DNA of 7,011 nucleotides from a virus (Duplodnaviria; Heunggongvirae; Uroviricota; Caudoviricetes): IMG/VR virus record IMGVR_UViG_2690316343_000007; one strand, 5' to 3'. Shown piece by piece: positions 5,958 to 7,011 of this stretch (position 1 is its first letter; each line of letters starts with the position of its first letter). The notes under the pieces were generated by a model. It saw only the letters and a program-made list of their open reading frames with translations, ran no database searches and was not told where the DNA came from. The position numbers and the translations under genes were made by a program.

Positions 5958-6222
5958 ANAAAACGCCAGACTGTTAGCCGGGTATCAGTTAGCGGGAGAA
6001 ATTTTTAAATACTTCACAATTCAGGCGGTTGACTGTTGTCTGGTTTGCGGGGAGTTTGTTAAAAGAAACTGGCATGGTGAATCCCCCTGTGCGGAGGGGC
6101 AATCAGCGAGTAGGTATATGGGATAATCGCGGATTCAGGTGCTGGTACTGAATTCACCGGGAGGCACCCGGCACCATGCAATGGCACATAGCGCCACTCT
6201 CCAGCCCCTCTCCGGAGGGGCT
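5958..6222 (+). repeat. direct repeat copy B (~265 bp), partner of 4368-4631, directly abutting the truncated IS
   Basis: See copy A. Position 5959 is an N, right next to the junction with the IS fragment. Confidence 0.95.
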
Positions 6223-6238
6223 GTTTATATTGATTTTG
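6203..6238 (+). terminator. intrinsic-terminator-like hairpin at the 3' end of repeat copy B
   Basis: Perfect 8-bp stem AGCCCCTC/GAGGGGCT (6203-6210 / 6215-6222) with TCCG loop, followed by the T-rich GTTTATATTGATTTTG. Confidence 0.4.
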
Positions 6239-6255
6239 TCAGATGTGAGTAAACT

Positions 6256-6287
6256 CCTTATGGACTTTGTTGTTTTAGTCCATAAGG
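6256..6287. repeat. perfect 11-bp inverted repeat (stem-loop) overlapping the stop codon of the 111-aa ORF
   Basis: CCTTATGGACT (6256-6266), loop TTGTTGTTTT, AGTCCATAAGG (6277-6287). May be a terminator for the minus-strand gene, but the downstream U-tract is weak. Confidence 0.75.
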
Positions 6288-6593
6288 ACATATTTGCAGA
6301 GTGCAACGGTTATTAAAGCATTCATTCAATACGTTATCTGTATTTGTAGGGCATTCCTGGCTATTTTTGATTGAATTCCAGAATGTTTTATTGAATGGTA
6401 CTACGTTGTAAATGGTTACAGGTAGCACTTTGTTATTGAGCATGATGCCTGTGTGAGTCAGTGTAAATATACTTTCAGGAGGTAAGAAAGCATCCGATTG
6501 ATACCAGATTATTAATTTTATTTTACTCCATATGACTGAAAAAGATATTCCGCATGATGGCTGGATAACTGTATCAATCACAATCCACTTCAT
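6258..6593 (-). CDS. hypothetical AT-rich protein (111 aa, Cys-containing), function unknown; candidate accessory (moron) gene
   Basis: Good RBS on the minus strand: AAGGAA 5 nt upstream of the ATG at 6593-6591. Markedly AT-rich compared with the phage genes. Stop codon lies inside a perfect 11-bp hairpin. No family recognised. Confidence 0.45.
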   Translation of the reverse strand: MKWIVIDTVIQPSCGISFSVIWSKIKLIIWYQSDAFLPPESIFTLTHTGIMLNNKVLPVTIYNVVPFNKTFWNSIKNSQECPTNTDNVLNECFNNRCTLQICPYGLKQQSP

Positions 6594-6853
6594 TTAGTTT
6601 CCTTGTTTATGCCTTGCTGGTGATGTTCTGAAAAGTATAAATGATATTTTTGAATGTAAACCATAGAGCAGAATTATTTTTCTGATGTTGTTTATTGTTT
6701 ATTTAAATGCAGGGTGGTTTATATCTCGTCTTGTAGTTTATCCATGCATATCTGCTTGATAATCAGGTTTTTATTTAAGGTATGGTTTTGTGTTTTTTCT
6801 GTATTACATGTCAGGTATTTTAAAGAATTATTTTTCAGATGGTGGAAAGAACC

Positions 6854-6980
6854 ATGGCATTTAAACACTATGATGTTGTCAGGGCGGCGCCGCCGTCAGA
6901 TCTTGCGGAAAAGCTGACACATAAACTGAAAGAGGGCTGGCAGCCGTTTGGTAGTCCGGTGGCCATAACCCCTTATACCC
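6854..6980 (+). pseudogene. 5' portion of a small DUF1737-like late-operon gene, interrupted after 42 codons by an IS end
   Basis: ATG at 6854 with GGTGGAAAG upstream. Product MAFKHYDVVRAAPPSDLAEKLTHKLKEGWQPFGSPVAITPYT contains the EGWQP-G motif I associate with DUF1737 proteins found just upstream of lambdoid lysis genes. The frame runs straight into IS sequence at 6981. Confidence 0.5.
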
Positions 6981-7011
6981 TGAGGTGTACTGGCAATAGC
7001 GGACACTACCA
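6981..7011 (-). mobile_element. end of a second copy of the same IS3-family element, continuing beyond the right window edge
   Basis: 6979-7011 is identical to 4819-4851 (CCTGAGGTGTACTGGCAATAGCGGACACTACCA), i.e. the same terminus in the same orientation. Confidence 0.8.

Noticed and set aside
5958-6240. Repeat copy B as the missing left end of the IS
   Set aside because: The putative terminus does not resemble the right-end inverted repeat, the orfA frame has no start within it, and copy A occurs without an adjacent IS.
3757-6853. Shiga toxin genes (stxA/stxB) downstream of the tRNA cluster
   Set aside because: Looked for because of the Stx-phage-like layout. No ORF of suitable size or with a signal-peptide-like N-terminus is present in any frame.
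6714-6917. 67-aa plus-strand ORF in the AT-rich intergenic region
   Set aside because: Low-complexity AT-rich translation in a different frame from, and overlapping, the better-supported DUF1737-like start at 6854.
1-7011. CRISPR arrays or other short tandem repeat arrays
   Set aside because: No regularly spaced short direct repeats were seen. The only long repeats are the 264-bp pair, the 53-bp gap flanks and the duplicated IS end.

Overview
This 7 kb window reads as a degenerate lambdoid prophage (E. coli/Shigella type), running from the end of the nin region to the start of the late operon and interrupted by three IS ends. There is no Shiga-toxin-like ORF. All family assignments come from motifs and gene order read by eye; no database search was possible. 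Left to right: (1) the outer 33 bp of an IS2 end at the window edge; (2) a translationally coupled trio: an 85-aa ORF, rusA, and a 284-aa Q-type antiterminator with CxxCxGxG zinc-finger motifs; (3) a candidate pR'-like promoter and tR'-like terminator just after Q, then a 187-N gap flanked by identical 53-bp sequence; (4) a small winged-helix-like ORF with its own terminator, then a beta-class DPPY DNA methyltransferase with a highly structured leader; (5) three tRNA genes, Ile2/Met(CAU), Arg(UCG), Arg(UCU), behind a good sigma70 promoter; (6) an accessory region at the position where Stx phages carry stx, holding AT-rich ORFs of unknown function (117 aa on +, 111 aa on -), a possible 28-aa hydrophobic peptide, and a ~264-bp structured direct repeat that ends in a terminator hairpin; (7) an IS3-family element with an intact OrfB, an A7 frameshift site and a 5'-truncated orfA that abuts the second repeat copy; (8) a DUF1737-like late-operon gene start cut by a second copy of the same IS end at the right window edge. 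The most interesting material is the uncharacterised cargo at the stx-equivalent locus and the repeat/IS rearrangement around it.
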